Below are positions 26,219 through 36,200 of a DNA stretch of 49,068 nt, in pieces (positions within the stretch are counted from its first letter, which is position 1; each line of letters opens with the position of its first letter). The translations under genes were made by a program, and so were the position numbers. Origin of the DNA: Eubacteriales bacterium (GTDB lineage: Bacteria > Bacillota > Clostridia > Oscillospirales > CAG-382); assembly GCA_045535465.1 (NCBI GenBank), contig JAZSLS010000035.1:1-49068 (forward strand), read 5' to 3'. The notes under the pieces are model-generated. The model did no database searches. It had not been told where the DNA came from and worked only from the letters and a program-made list of their open reading frames with translations.

Positions 26219-26821
26219 CTAATTTTGCCCTTTTTGTAGTTTTGATAGGCGAAGCTTGTAACTTTTGACATCATACGGGACAAAACAATAGAATCCGTTA
26301 GGGCCTAAAACCTTTTCCTCGGCAACGGCGGCGGCGCGTATTGTTTCGGTAAGTTCCGGATATTCCCTTAATGCAGCTTCGGCGCGCTTTTCGTTTTCAG
26401 CAGCAAATACGGATATAGCCTTAGTAATAACCCTTACTTCTTCTTCCGGCTTGCGGTTACGGCGGTAAAGAACCATAAGCCGAGTATATGCGTGGGTGGC
26501 AGGGTACCCAAGGGCTATAACAGCTTCGTATATTGCTACGGCTTCTTCCGTATTGCCTGCCTTTTCCGCTGCTATTCCTTTCCCGTTAAGGTATGCCGTT
26601 CTTTGTAGGTTGTATTCATTCCGGGCGGCGTTCCGGAAGTTTAACCGGGCTTCCTCGGCTTCTTCTTTTGTAAATTCTATATAGTTCCTTCCTTCGCGTT
26701 TATTACGGATATATAAGCTGGAGTATTTAACGGAATTTGGGAACGCGGTAGACATAACCGAAGGGGCAAACATCCACAGGGGAAGGCGTACCTTCTTCCG
26801 GAATAGGTTACTAATTCCCAT
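26219..26821 (-). CDS. Moron gene, TPR-like helical protein
   Basis: NGKGIAAEKAGNTEEAVAIYEAVI...AYTRLMVLYRR...EEEVRVITKAI resembles TPR repeats; opposite strand to the structural genes. Confidence 0.65.
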   Translation of the reverse strand: MGISNLFRKKVRLPLWMFAPSVMSTAFPNSVKYSSLYIRNKREGRNYIEFTKEEAEEARLNFRNAARNEYNLQRTAYLNGKGIAAEKAGNTEEAVAIYEAVIALGYPATHAYTRLMVLYRRNRKPEEEVRVITKAISVFAAENEKRAEAALREYPELTETIRAAAVAEEKVLGPNGFYCFVPYDVKSYKLRLSKLQKGQN

Positions 26822-26825
26822 AGCT

Positions 26826-27230
26826 TTACTTGTTTTTTATAGTTATAAACGAAGGGCGCGCTTCCCACTTGATTAGCGGGCTGGTAAAGACAGGAACAAC
26901 GGTAAGGGTATATTCGCCCGGTTCCCCAGCAGTATAGCGGTAGGCAAAAGGGTAATTATTTGTTTCGCAGAGAAAGGCTCCGTTCAGATAGTAAGCAACC
27001 TCGGAAATATAGGCTTTGTTTTCTTCGTTACAACAAGGATAGAGGTGCAGGTCATACAGGTTCCCGGAAGTAAGAACTTCCAACGCTTCGGGGTCGCCGG
27101 CCCTTGTTTCCGTTTCAGTAAAGAACCCATACAGCGGCTCAGTAATAACGACTTTTTCCGGTTCTTGGCTTGATTGACCGCAGGAGCATAACAGGCAGAC
27201 CCCTAAAAGCCCCAATAAGTAAGACTTCAT
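26826..27230 (-). CDS. Moron lipoprotein (possible Ig-like fold)
   Basis: MKSYLLGLLGVCLLCSC lipoprotein signal from ATG 27230; beta-rich VAYYLNG...YPFAYRY...GEYTLTV. Confidence 0.7.
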   Translation of the reverse strand: MKSYLLGLLGVCLLCSCGQSSQEPEKVVITEPLYGFFTETETRAGDPEALEVLTSGNLYDLHLYPCCNEENKAYISEVAYYLNGAFLCETNNYPFAYRYTAGEPGEYTLTVVPVFTSPLIKWEARPSFITIKNK

Positions 27231-27493
27231 ACCGTACACTTTTACGCCCCAAGAACCCGAACAGGCATTAGCAAATAAATAAGCGCGGGTCTTAAAGGTT
27301 TAAGTATTTGAGGTATCGCCAAACACCTAACGAAATTAAACCAAACCCACGCTTAACCGGTATATCGGGAAAAGGATATACGATTAGCCTGCGGACGGTT
27401 TCTTTTTCGTTATTTGTAAAATTGGCGATTTTCAAATACAAAAAACCTATTCGCTTCTTCTTTAATAGCCGGTTTTCTCCCCAGCTTCGTCCG

Positions 27494-27524
27494 CAAAGTT
27501 AGCAAAACATTTGCAGCCTGCAAA
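27494..27524 (-). promoter_or_regulatory. Consensus Bacteroidetes promoter for the moron operon
   Basis: -33 TTTG (caaa 27521-27524), 19-nt spacer, -7 TAACTTTG (caaagtta 27494-27501). Confidence 0.7.
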
Positions 27525-27551
27525 CGCGAAAACCAAAAAAAGGAACCACGT

Positions 27552-27846
27552 AGGGGCTACGAAGCCCCTACGAAGCCCCTACGAAGGGGTACATACCCCC
27601 TAAATTCAGTACAAAAACCGGGGAAGGCCAAAGTTTCGCGCAGAAATTTCCTAAATTATTGATAATCATTGCAAATAAATTATAAGCAAGGGGCTTGTAA
27701 GCTCCTTTATAGCCCCTTATAAGCCCCTTAAAAGGGGCTATACTTTTATTCAAAACTATAAATTATTAAGTCTTTTAATATCAATAATTTAATGGAACGC
27801 AAACAAGGGGCTACGAAGCCCCTACGAAGGGGCTATAATAGCCCCT
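27552..27846. repeat. Iteron-like 11-bp repeat clusters (candidate replication origin)
   Basis: CTACGAAGCCC/CTACGAAGGGG tandem units at 27557-27589 and 27811-27832, related AGGGGCT/AGCCCCT units at ~27688-27740, separated by AT-rich spacers. Confidence 0.75.
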
Positions 27847-28204
27847 ATGTATATGGATATGGATAAATATATGGATAAAGAAAGGGGGTGTAGGGGGAAA
27901 ACAAAGCTTGTCGCTTCTTCCGGAAACGCCGTTCTCATTCCCGACACTTCACAATATACAAGGCTCGGAAAAGCCGGTTATTCAGCTTATGCGATAAAGG
28001 CGAAACAAAGGAAGAAACGATACCGCCCCGCTTTGCCCCTTGTTGTTTGATTTGTGCCACTTTTACCACCTTGCTGGTATAAGTGTTCAAAAAGGGGTAG
28101 AAACGCGCTAATTTGGGCTTATTTCACCTTGCGCTTTACACTGCGTTGCAGTAGTACCCCGCAGTAGGATTGTAGAAAACAAAATAATAACTTCGGCTTC
28201 TTGC

Positions 28205-28238
28205 TTTGCTTGCGTATTATTATAATACGTTACTTTTG
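28205..28238 (+). promoter_or_regulatory. Capsid/tail operon promoter with palindromic operator
   Basis: TTTG at 28205-28208, GCGTATTAT-T-ATAATACGT at 28212-28230, -7 TACTTTTG at 28231-28238. Confidence 0.72.
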
Positions 28239-28263
28239 CTTCGTTCAATAAAACCAAAAGAAA

Positions 28264-28974
28264 ATGAATTTGTACGAAATGATTTTAGGACTACTTGTGG
28301 CTCAGTTCCAAGGCGTCCGCAAAGACGGGCTTAACCAGCTGGCGCGTTCTATTGCGCTTACGGTTGATACCGAAGAAAAAGCAAAAGAGGTCGTAGGGAA
28401 GCTTACCGCCGACCAAGTTAAACAATTCGTTACGGATTGGCGAAAAGACGCAGACGCGGAAATTACCAAGGCTAACCAAACTTACGAAGCCGGCCTTAAA
28501 GAGAAGTACGACTTTGTAACCAAAGGCGGAACCCCACCCAAGCCGCAGGAACAGCCCGGAAATCTTACCGAGGAAGCCGTGCAGAAAATTGTAGCGGAAG
28601 CCGTAAAGCAGGCAACCGAAGGCCTTACCGCGCAAGTTGCAACTATGCAGGGCAACGCTCTGACCGCCACCCGAAGGGAAGAACTTGTTAAGGCATTGGG
28701 CGACAACGTACCTACAAGCTACAAGAACGCTGTTCTTGCCGGCTTTGAGGGCCGCACATTCGCAGACGACAACGCCTTTACCGAGTACTTGAACAAAACC
28801 AAGGAGAACGTAGCAGCCTTTACGCAGGAGCTGGCAGACAGGGGCCTAAGCCTTCACGAAAAGCCGGTACTTGGAACCGTGAACAAGGACGGCGTAAGCA
28901 GCGGCGTAGAAAGCTACATCAAGGACAAAGCCGACGAAGCAAAAGGCGGCGGGATGTCCGGAAAGGAAGTTTAA
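28264..28974 (+). CDS. Putative capsid scaffolding protein
   Basis: Helical, charged, 236 aa, first gene of the head operon. Confidence 0.65.
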   Translation: MNLYEMILGLLVAQFQGVRKDGLNQLARSIALTVDTEEKAKEVVGKLTADQVKQFVTDWRKDADAEITKANQTYEAGLKEKYDFVTKGGTPPKPQEQPGNLTEEAVQKIVAEAVKQATEGLTAQVATMQGNALTATRREELVKALGDNVPTSYKNAVLAGFEGRTFADDNAFTEYLNKTKENVAAFTQELADRGLSLHEKPVLGTVNKDGVSSGVESYIKDKADEAKGGGMSGKEV

Positions 28975-28993
28975 CAACTAACACGATTACGCT

Positions 28994-29575
28994 ATGGGTA
29001 TTCAGATTCAGAGAAAAAAGGATAAGCGCGTAGTAAAGGCGTTTACCCACACGCTTGCGGATATTCCGGGCGGCGTTACCGTTTCGGCGGCAGACTTGAC
29101 ACAGGCCGTGCTGCACGAAGGAACACCTATCGGAAAGGACGCTAACGGGCTTTACCACGTTGTAAAGGTGGCGGTAGTAGCAGCACAGGCGGCAGACAAC
29201 GCAACCACTTACACAGTGAAGAAGGGGCACAACTTCAAGGCGGGGGACGTAATTTTCTTCACGAAAGGCGGCAAGGCCTATACAATTTCAGCGATTGCGA
29301 CTAACTCCAGCGACGCGACCTGCGACGACATTACCGTAGGTACCACACTTGGCGCGGCAGCAGTTGGCACAGAGGTTTATCAGTCGGCAGCTAACGGAGC
29401 TACCGCCGGAGCGTTCAAATACGAGCCGCTTGCGCTTGTAGGCGAAAGCTACGACGTAGCCGACCTTGCTAACCACCTTGTAAACGCTTGGACTATCGGG
29501 CAGATTAAGGAAGCCAATATACCCCCTGTTGGCTCCGCAGTTAAGCAGGCCCTTAAAGGTATTAACTTCATTTAA
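28994..29575 (+). CDS. Putative head decoration protein
   Basis: Ala/Gly/Thr-rich beta protein between scaffold and capsid genes. Confidence 0.6.
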   Translation: MGIQIQRKKDKRVVKAFTHTLADIPGGVTVSAADLTQAVLHEGTPIGKDANGLYHVVKVAVVAAQAADNATTYTVKKGHNFKAGDVIFFTKGGKAYTISAIATNSSDATCDDITVGTTLGAAAVGTEVYQSAANGATAGAFKYEPLALVGESYDVADLANHLVNAWTIGQIKEANIPPVGSAVKQALKGINFI

Positions 29576-29594
29576 TCAGTAGGAGGACGAAGCT

Positions 29595-30698
29595 ATGTTA
29601 AGAAGCTTAATGGTTGGCATTACCGAGAGGGATATGCAGGCCGTAATGAATACTTACGACCTTAAAAACTACTACTACCCTACGCTATTCCCGTTGAAGG
29701 AGAACTACACGCTTACGTGGAAGGCTCTCGAAGCGCAGGTAGGGTTGAAAATTGCCGGCGACCTTGTAGCTCGCGGCGCAACACTTGACGCGAAGACCCG
29801 CGACGCTATCGCGCGTATTCAAGGTGACATTCCTAAGATTGCTATTAAGCGCATTAAGGACGAAAACGAGCTGAACGAATACGACATTATGGTCGCTATG
29901 ACTTCGGCGAACCCCGACCTTCGCGCGCTTGTAGAAGCTTGGGCGGAAGACACTAAGTACTGCTGGGACGGCGTAGCTAACCGCTTGGAGTGGATAGCCC
30001 TGCAGTCAATTTCGCGCGGTAAGATTGTTCTTACCAACGACAACAACAACAGCGTAATAACCGAATACGATGTAGACTACCAAATCGACGCTTCGCAGAA
30101 GTTCGGCTACGACGCTAAGTCCGGAAGTTGGGTTACTTCTACTTCGGCTAAGCCTATTTCGGTAGACTTTAAGAAGATTGTAGCGGCAGCGAAGAAGAAG
30201 GGTATTTCCCTTAAATACGCCTTTATGAATGTAGATACCTTCGCCGCTTTCGCCGCTACCGAGGAAGTAGTGAAGCTTTGCGCTTCCTTCGCCGCTAACG
30301 CCTTGGGTATTTCGCAGACACCAAGCCTGCAGCAGGTAAACGCGACCCTTGCGGGCCTTGCATACTTGCGCGGTTTGCAGATTGTCGTAATTGACCAAGA
30401 CATTACTATCGAAAAGGCGGACGGTTCACGCTTGACCGGCAACCCTTTCGCCGACAACGTAGTGATGTTTAGCGAAACCAAGGTATTAGGTAATACCTAT
30501 TGGAAGAAGCCGGCGGATATGAATATTAAGGGTTCGGTAGCCCTTAAAGCGTTGAACGGCCATACTTGCGTAAAGAAGTATTCAACCGAGGAACCGCTGC
30601 AGGAAGTTACCGTAGGATTGGCTAACGCCTTCCCTGCTTGGCTTTCTTCTTCGCGCTCTTTCTTGCTTGACGTAGCACACACAAGCTGGCAGGACTAA
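29595..30698 (+). CDS. Major capsid protein (lambda gpE-like family)
   Basis: 367 aa; GDIPKIAIKR, RLEWIALQ.IS.G motifs; position after scaffold and decoration genes; followed by a hairpin. Confidence 0.85.
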   Translation: MLRSLMVGITERDMQAVMNTYDLKNYYYPTLFPLKENYTLTWKALEAQVGLKIAGDLVARGATLDAKTRDAIARIQGDIPKIAIKRIKDENELNEYDIMVAMTSANPDLRALVEAWAEDTKYCWDGVANRLEWIALQSISRGKIVLTNDNNNSVITEYDVDYQIDASQKFGYDAKSGSWVTSTSAKPISVDFKKIVAAAKKKGISLKYAFMNVDTFAAFAATEEVVKLCASFAANALGISQTPSLQQVNATLAGLAYLRGLQIVVIDQDITIEKADGSRLTGNPFADNVVMFSETKVLGNTYWKKPADMNIKGSVALKALNGHTCVKKYSTEEPLQEVTVGLANAFPAWLSSSRSFLLDVAHTSWQD

Positions 30699-30706
30699 CC
30701 TAAGCG

Positions 30707-30729
30707 GGGGAGCCTTTCGGGGCTTCCCC
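30707..30729 (+). terminator. Hairpin after the capsid gene
   Basis: ggggagcct-ttcg-gggcttccc; lacks a clear U-tract. Confidence 0.5.
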
Positions 30730-30746
30730 ATTAACACCCTCATCCA

Positions 30747-31058
30747 ATGACCTATAAAGAATACATAACGAAGACCGTAGCGAAATTCCAAGTAGGAGCC
30801 GACGACGTGGAACTAATACTTTGCAACCAAAGTACACTAATTCCCGACCCGGAAGCACAGGTAGACGCTAAGATAGCGAAGACCGCCTTATGTAAGGAAA
30901 TAGCTACCCTTATACCGCTTGCCAACATTTCGGAAGGTGGGTATTCTATTAGTTGGAATTGGGACGCTCTTAAACTTTGGTATAACGCGACTTGCGCGGA
31001 ATTGGGACTACCCAACGCCACCAAGCCGAAAATTCGCAACAAAAGTAACGTATGGTAA
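30747..31058 (+). CDS. Head-tail connector (adaptor) protein
   Basis: Position after capsid gene; NISEGGYSISW motif. Confidence 0.65.
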   Translation: MTYKEYITKTVAKFQVGADDVELILCNQSTLIPDPEAQVDAKIAKTALCKEIATLIPLANISEGGYSISWNWDALKLWYNATCAELGLPNATKPKIRNKSNVW

Positions 31059-31438
31059 CGACTACCCACCAATACTACCAATACCTGTACGCTTTGAGTA
31101 ACGGCGAAGCCACCCAAACCGCTAACGGCTCTTGGGAAAGCAACGGCGGAACTTGGGAGCTTAAAGCGGCTTGCAGGGAAGAAACCAACGGGAAGGGTAC
31201 GGCGATACAGACTACCGACGGGCGAACCTTGGTATTTTCCTCACTTATACAGCTTCCGAAGGGAACGCCCAGAATAGACGAAGGAACCGAGGTAATAGTG
31301 ACGAAGGAAGAAGTAGACGTTACCCAGCTTGCGAACAAAGACTTTATAGCAGCGTCCAAGGCTTCGGGCTTAGTTGTAGCTTCCGGAACTTGCGAGAAAT
31401 ACGACGCGGGCCGGTTGCATTGTAGAATGTGGATATAA
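31052..31438 (+). CDS. Putative head closure protein
   Basis: Synteny; beta-rich 128 aa. Confidence 0.55.
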   Translation: MVTTTHQYYQYLYALSNGEATQTANGSWESNGGTWELKAACREETNGKGTAIQTTDGRTLVFSSLIQLPKGTPRIDEGTEVIVTKEEVDVTQLANKDFIAASKASGLVVASGTCEKYDAGRLHCRMWI

Positions 31439-31443
31439 TAGTT

Positions 31444-31857
31444 ATGCAGAGTATAGAAACCGACGATATTCTATTTACCGTTCTTAACGGTTCCGCAGCC
31501 TTGAAAGCAGAGCTTAAAGGCGGAATATACACTATGGGGGAACGCCCCGACGGTTCCACGGCGGAAGATATTGTAGTCAATAACTTGAACCTTACCCACG
31601 AAATACCCCAAAGCGGGACTTCAAACGTAAATATACACGTTCCCGACGAAAAGGTAAAGATAGGCGGCAAAGAGCAATACAAGACCGCAAGGGAAAGGCT
31701 ACGACTTCTTACCGGGCTGGTGTTAGCAGCTTTGAAGGCGGCCAACATTGAGGGTCTAACCTTTTGGGTTTCTAACGAAACGACTATTAGGGAAGAAGCT
31801 ATAAAGCAGAGCTACAACAATTTGCGCGTAGAATGGAATATACAAAGAACTAATTAA
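31444..31857 (+). CDS. Putative tail terminator protein
   Basis: Synteny before the tail tube gene; ERP...EDIVVN...NVNIHVPD. Confidence 0.55.
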   Translation: MQSIETDDILFTVLNGSAALKAELKGGIYTMGERPDGSTAEDIVVNNLNLTHEIPQSGTSNVNIHVPDEKVKIGGKEQYKTARERLRLLTGLVLAALKAANIEGLTFWVSNETTIREEAIKQSYNNLRVEWNIQRTN

Positions 31858-31868
31858 CACGTAAGAAA

Positions 31869-32393
31869 ATGGGAAAAGCAATTTATACCCTTGGACTTTC
31901 CAAGATTGAGGTGGGAGCAATAGCCGCAGACGGCGGAATGGGCGAAAGCCTTGAACAGCTTGGCTATACCTACCAAGACACCTGCAAAATGACGCAGGAA
32001 GACCCGGAAACTACCGACCATTACGCGGAAGAGGTAGACGACCCGGTAGTAAGCATCAGCCGCGGCGGAAAGACAAACTTTGCCTTTTCGATTATGAACC
32101 CTTCCGTAACGGTACTTGCCGACCTTTTGGGCGGAACAGCCGACGAAAGCAACGGCAAGTGGGAAGCACCGGACAAAATTCCGGTAGTGGAAAAGTCGGT
32201 ACGAATTACACCGGAACAGGGCCTTAAATTCGAGATTCCGCGAATGAAGCTCGTAAGCAAGATTAACGGAGATTTCAGCAAGAAGGGAATACTTCTTATT
32301 GAGGTAGCGGGAACCGTTATGCAGCCTACGAAGACCGGAGTAAAGAAAATGACGGCTACCCTTTTGACACCTGCGGCCCCTACACAGGAGTAA
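31869..32393 (+). CDS. Major tail tube protein
   Basis: 174 aa, followed by a terminator, chaperone and tape measure genes. Confidence 0.75.
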   Translation: MGKAIYTLGLSKIEVGAIAADGGMGESLEQLGYTYQDTCKMTQEDPETTDHYAEEVDDPVVSISRGGKTNFAFSIMNPSVTVLADLLGGTADESNGKWEAPDKIPVVEKSVRITPEQGLKFEIPRMKLVSKINGDFSKKGILLIEVAGTVMQPTKTGVKKMTATLLTPAAPTQE

Positions 32394-32417
32394 CAAAAGG
32401 GCTACTAAGACTAACCC

Positions 32418-32448
32418 GAAAGCCCTCTAAACTTAGAGGGCTTTCTTA
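32418..32448 (+). terminator. Intrinsic terminator after tail tube gene
   Basis: gaaagccctctaa-ac-ttagagggctttc-tt. Confidence 0.7.
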
Positions 32449-32460
32449 ATTATTGAGAAT

Positions 32461-33039
32461 ATGAGCGAAGAAAAAAGGGAACCAACCCTTACCGAAATAG
32501 AAGCTAACGAACTAAACCTGCTAATAAAGCGCGGGGTTAAGTTCGATATAACCTACAAGGTTCGTAAGAGAAAACCCGGAATAAAGGGCTTCTTCCAGCG
32601 CAAGGTAAAAGAAACCATTACGGAAGCCTTCGAGATACAGGAACCTACGCTTTCAGTTCTTGACAGGCTTAGCGAACTATGGCTACAAATAGCCATAGAC
32701 GAAGATAGCCTTAAAGCAGGCGGAACTAATACGCTTATCGAAGCCAAGAACATAGCGCACGAACATAACCGCAGGGCTGCCCGAATAGTAGCTATTGCCG
32801 TACTTGGCGAAGATTACCACGTTACCGAAGTGTTAGCCAGCGGAAGGAAGAAGACATACAACGACGACAAGGAATTAGACCGCCTTACGGAGTTGTTCCA
32901 CCGTACTATAAAACCTTCAAAGTTGGAAGGAATAGCCAATACCGTAACAGCTATGGCCAACTTAGGGGATTTTATAGGCTCTATGCGATTGATGACCGGC
33001 GCAAGGACGACACAACCGAGAAAGAAGGGCATAGAGTAA
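32461..33039 (+). CDS. Tail assembly chaperone (gpG-like)
   Basis: Position between tail tube and tape measure genes. Confidence 0.75.
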   Translation: MSEEKREPTLTEIEANELNLLIKRGVKFDITYKVRKRKPGIKGFFQRKVKETITEAFEIQEPTLSVLDRLSELWLQIAIDEDSLKAGGTNTLIEAKNIAHEHNRRAARIVAIAVLGEDYHVTEVLASGRKKTYNDDKELDRLTELFHRTIKPSKLEGIANTVTAMANLGDFIGSMRLMTGARTTQPRKKGIE

Positions 33040-33266
33040 CCGGACTAAATAGTCCTTTTGGCCGCCGGGGGTCTATTTGCGCCCACCTCGGCTGGACTTG
33101 GGACTACTTACACCACGGCGTAGCTTGGGCTATTGTTCAGCGTTTGCTGATTGACGCGCCGAACATAGCGACGGAAGGCGAAGGCGGAGAAGACGCAACG
33201 GAAGTAGCAATAACGCAGGAAAACGCCGCGACACTATTACAACAAATTAACGATTTATCACGATGA
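32967..33266 (+). CDS. -1 frameshift extension of the tail chaperone (gpGT-like)
   Basis: The -1 frame is open through candidate slippery site G GAT TTT (32967-32973) to TGA 33264-33266, encoding ...GLNSPFGRRGSICAHLGWTWDYL...; no ATG of its own. Confidence 0.65.
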   Translation, partial: GFYRLYAIDDRRKDDTTEKEGHRVTGLNSPFGRRGSICAHLGWTWDYLHHGVAWAIVQRLLIDAPNIATEGEGGEDATEVAITQENAATLLQQINDLSR

Positions 33267-36200
33267 AAGGCGGTTCTATTGAGTTCGATATAATAGCGAA
33301 CAACGGACAAATAAATAGTTCCCTAAAAGAAACGGAACGACGAATTACCGGCTTTTCTAAGACTACGGTAGCAGCGGGCGATAAGATTAACGAAATGTTC
33401 GACGTAACCCGCGAGAACATAGTAATACAAAAGCAGGTTATAAAAGACCTTGAAGCGCAGTACAAAAAACTTAAAGCGGAAATTTCCAAGGTTGCACCCG
33501 GAAAAGGGCAGGCGGAACTGATACGCGAAGCGAATGCGATTAAGGCGGAATTAGACGGAGAGCGTGCAGCACTTACCCAGCTGGAAGTAGAGGTAAAGAA
33601 GACCGAAACGGCACACGTAAACCTAAGAACACAGGTAAGGAACGCCGTACAGCAGTTGGCAGAAATGGAACAGGCAGGCCTGCGAGGAACGCAGGCTTAT
33701 AGGGAACTACAAGAGGAGTGCGGAAGGCTTACGGACGCTATGGGCGACGCGCAGCAGCAAGCGAAGATATTAGCCCACGATAACGCAGGCTTACAGGGCG
33801 TAATATCAGCAGTAAGCGGCGTAACGGGCGTTTTTAGCGCAGCGCAGGGCGTTATAGGACTATTTGCTGGGGAAAACGAAAACCTTGTTAAGATTCAGAC
33901 CCGAATACAAAGCCTTATGGCTATTACTATGGGGCTTCAACAGGCGGCGAACACCTTAAACAAGGATTCTTACTTCTCCCTTGTAACGCTTACCAAAGCA
34001 AAGCAAGCCTTTTCTGCGGTTACGTTATTCGCTGGCAAAGCCCTTGTTAAATTTGGCGTTTCTGCTAACGTAGCCCGCGTAGCAGCTACGGCCCTTACAG
34101 CAACGCTAACCCTTGGCCTATCCTTGGCTATTACAGCAGCTGTGGCGGGTATAAACAAACTTATAAAACGAAACGAAGAATTAAAGAAAAAGCAGGAAGA
34201 AGCACGGAAAGGTGCTGAGGATTGGGGAAACTCCATTAGCCAAAGTGCCGCCCCCGTTCTTGCTACATATATGAAGCTTCGGACAGCTTGGAAGGACTTA
34301 GGCGACGACGTTAAAGGGCGTAGCGAATTTATTAAGACGCATCAAAACGCCTTCGACGAATTGGGGGTTTCCTTGCAGAATATAGCGGACGCAGATAAAC
34401 TATTTATAGAGCAAACCGATAGTTTTGTAGCAGCGGTTATGAAACGCGCTACGGCTTCGGCATACGAAAGCCGTATGCAAAATAAAATATCGGAGCGCAT
34501 AGCACTTGAATCAACGGCCAAGTATAATATGGGGCATACGGTTGTTTCAAATGGCGACGGCGCGAAGGGAAATAACATTTTCGGTTATTGGCAATTTACG
34601 CAGGCGGATATAGAAAAAGCATTTGCTACAAAAGAAAGCTTACAAAAATTCTATAAAGACTACTTGCAATTCACGAAGGAAGTAAACGGAGAACAAGTAC
34701 CATACGGAAATAAGAGCAAAAATGCGTGGTTAGGAACGGCTGGCAACCTCGTAGAATTTACGGTAGGTAATGAAAATTCAATAGAACAGGCGCAGCAGTT
34801 AAGGGCCAACGTATTAAGGATTTTACAGCTATACGAAGACGCACGGAGCGACGCAGAAGCAGCAGCAAAAGCACAGGCAGAAGCGGAGTCTTTAATGGGT
34901 AAACTTGCCGGCGGGGGAAAGAAAGGTAGCAGTAGCGGAACCACGACAAACGACGACCCCTTTACGGAACAACTTAACCAGCGAAAGAAGGCCTACGAAC
35001 TATACTTTAAGTGGGTAAATTCCAAAGACGAAATACTCCAGCAGGCGGCAAAAACCGAGTTTGCCGGCATACTTGCGGAAGGTAGTAACTACTTGGATTA
35101 CCTTAACAAGCAGCGCGCGGCCCTTCTTGCGGCTATTGGGGAAGGAACCGGAACCAAGGAACAGCAAGAAAACCTGCGTAAGCTTAACAACGCGATAGCG
35201 GACGAAACGAAGGCTACCGTATTGGCAGATTTTGACGCTGCGCTGCAGGAGCAACTAAACGGCGCAAATTCCATTTTTGAGAAGCTGGCCCTGTTGGAAG
35301 AAAAGCGTAAGGAGCTTAGCGGCGACGGTTCCGACCTTGACAACGGCAAGAAGGACATAGTAGACAAAGCAGAACAGGACATAGCGGCAGAAGCCCAGCA
35401 ACAGACGCAGCAGCTACTGAACGAATACGCCGGCTACCTTTCCGAGAAAATAGAGTTTGAAGCGACATACGCTGAGAAAAGTCGCCTTCTTAACAAAGCA
35501 ATAGCAGAAGCTAAAACCGAAGACGAAAGGATGATAGCAGAAGCAGCTCTCGCAGCCCTTAACAAGAAGCGCGACGAATACAGCGTAACGCCGGAACAAA
35601 CGAACTACGAAGAACTTAAAAAGCAATACAAGTCCTACCAGCAGGAAATAGCTGACATTACGGCGGAGTACGACGAAAAAATAGCCTTAGCTAAAAAGAA
35701 CAATAACGCTGAGCTTGTAGCGGAGCTGGAGAAAGAGAAGAACAAAGCCCTAAGTTCGGCAGCGTTACAGCAGTTGCAGGACAGCGGAGCGTGGTCGCAG
35801 TTGTTCGGGAATCTTGACGACCTTACATCTAAGCAGATTACCGACCTTATAGCTAAGATAGAAGCGCAGCGGGCGCAGTTGGGCGTAGAACTTAACCCCG
35901 AAGACCTGCAAGCGGTTTTAGACAAGCTTAAAGCCGCTAAGGACGAAGTAGAAACCCGCAACCCGTTTAAGGCCCTTTCCCTTGCCTTGAAGGACTACAA
36001 GAAAGACGCAAGCAAAGCCAACCTTTCGGAAGTGTTCGGTTCCCTTGCTTCTTCTATTGACTTGGTAAAGGGGACATTCGACGCAGTTACGCAGGGCTTG
36101 GCAAGTATGGGACTTGCCGGCGACGAAGTAACGCAAGACCTTTTAGGCGATATAGGCAATATGGTAGGCGCAGCCGGCCAGCTTGCCACCGGTATAGCCA

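Noticed and set aside
27552-27846. CRISPR array
   Set aside because: Units are 11 bp, directly tandem or inverted, with no unique 30-40-bp spacers and no cas genes.
27308-28050. ORFs 27308-27502(+), 27568-27753(-), 27847-28050(+) as real genes
   Set aside because: They overlap the structured leader, promoter and repeat array and have low-complexity translations; at most a remnant.
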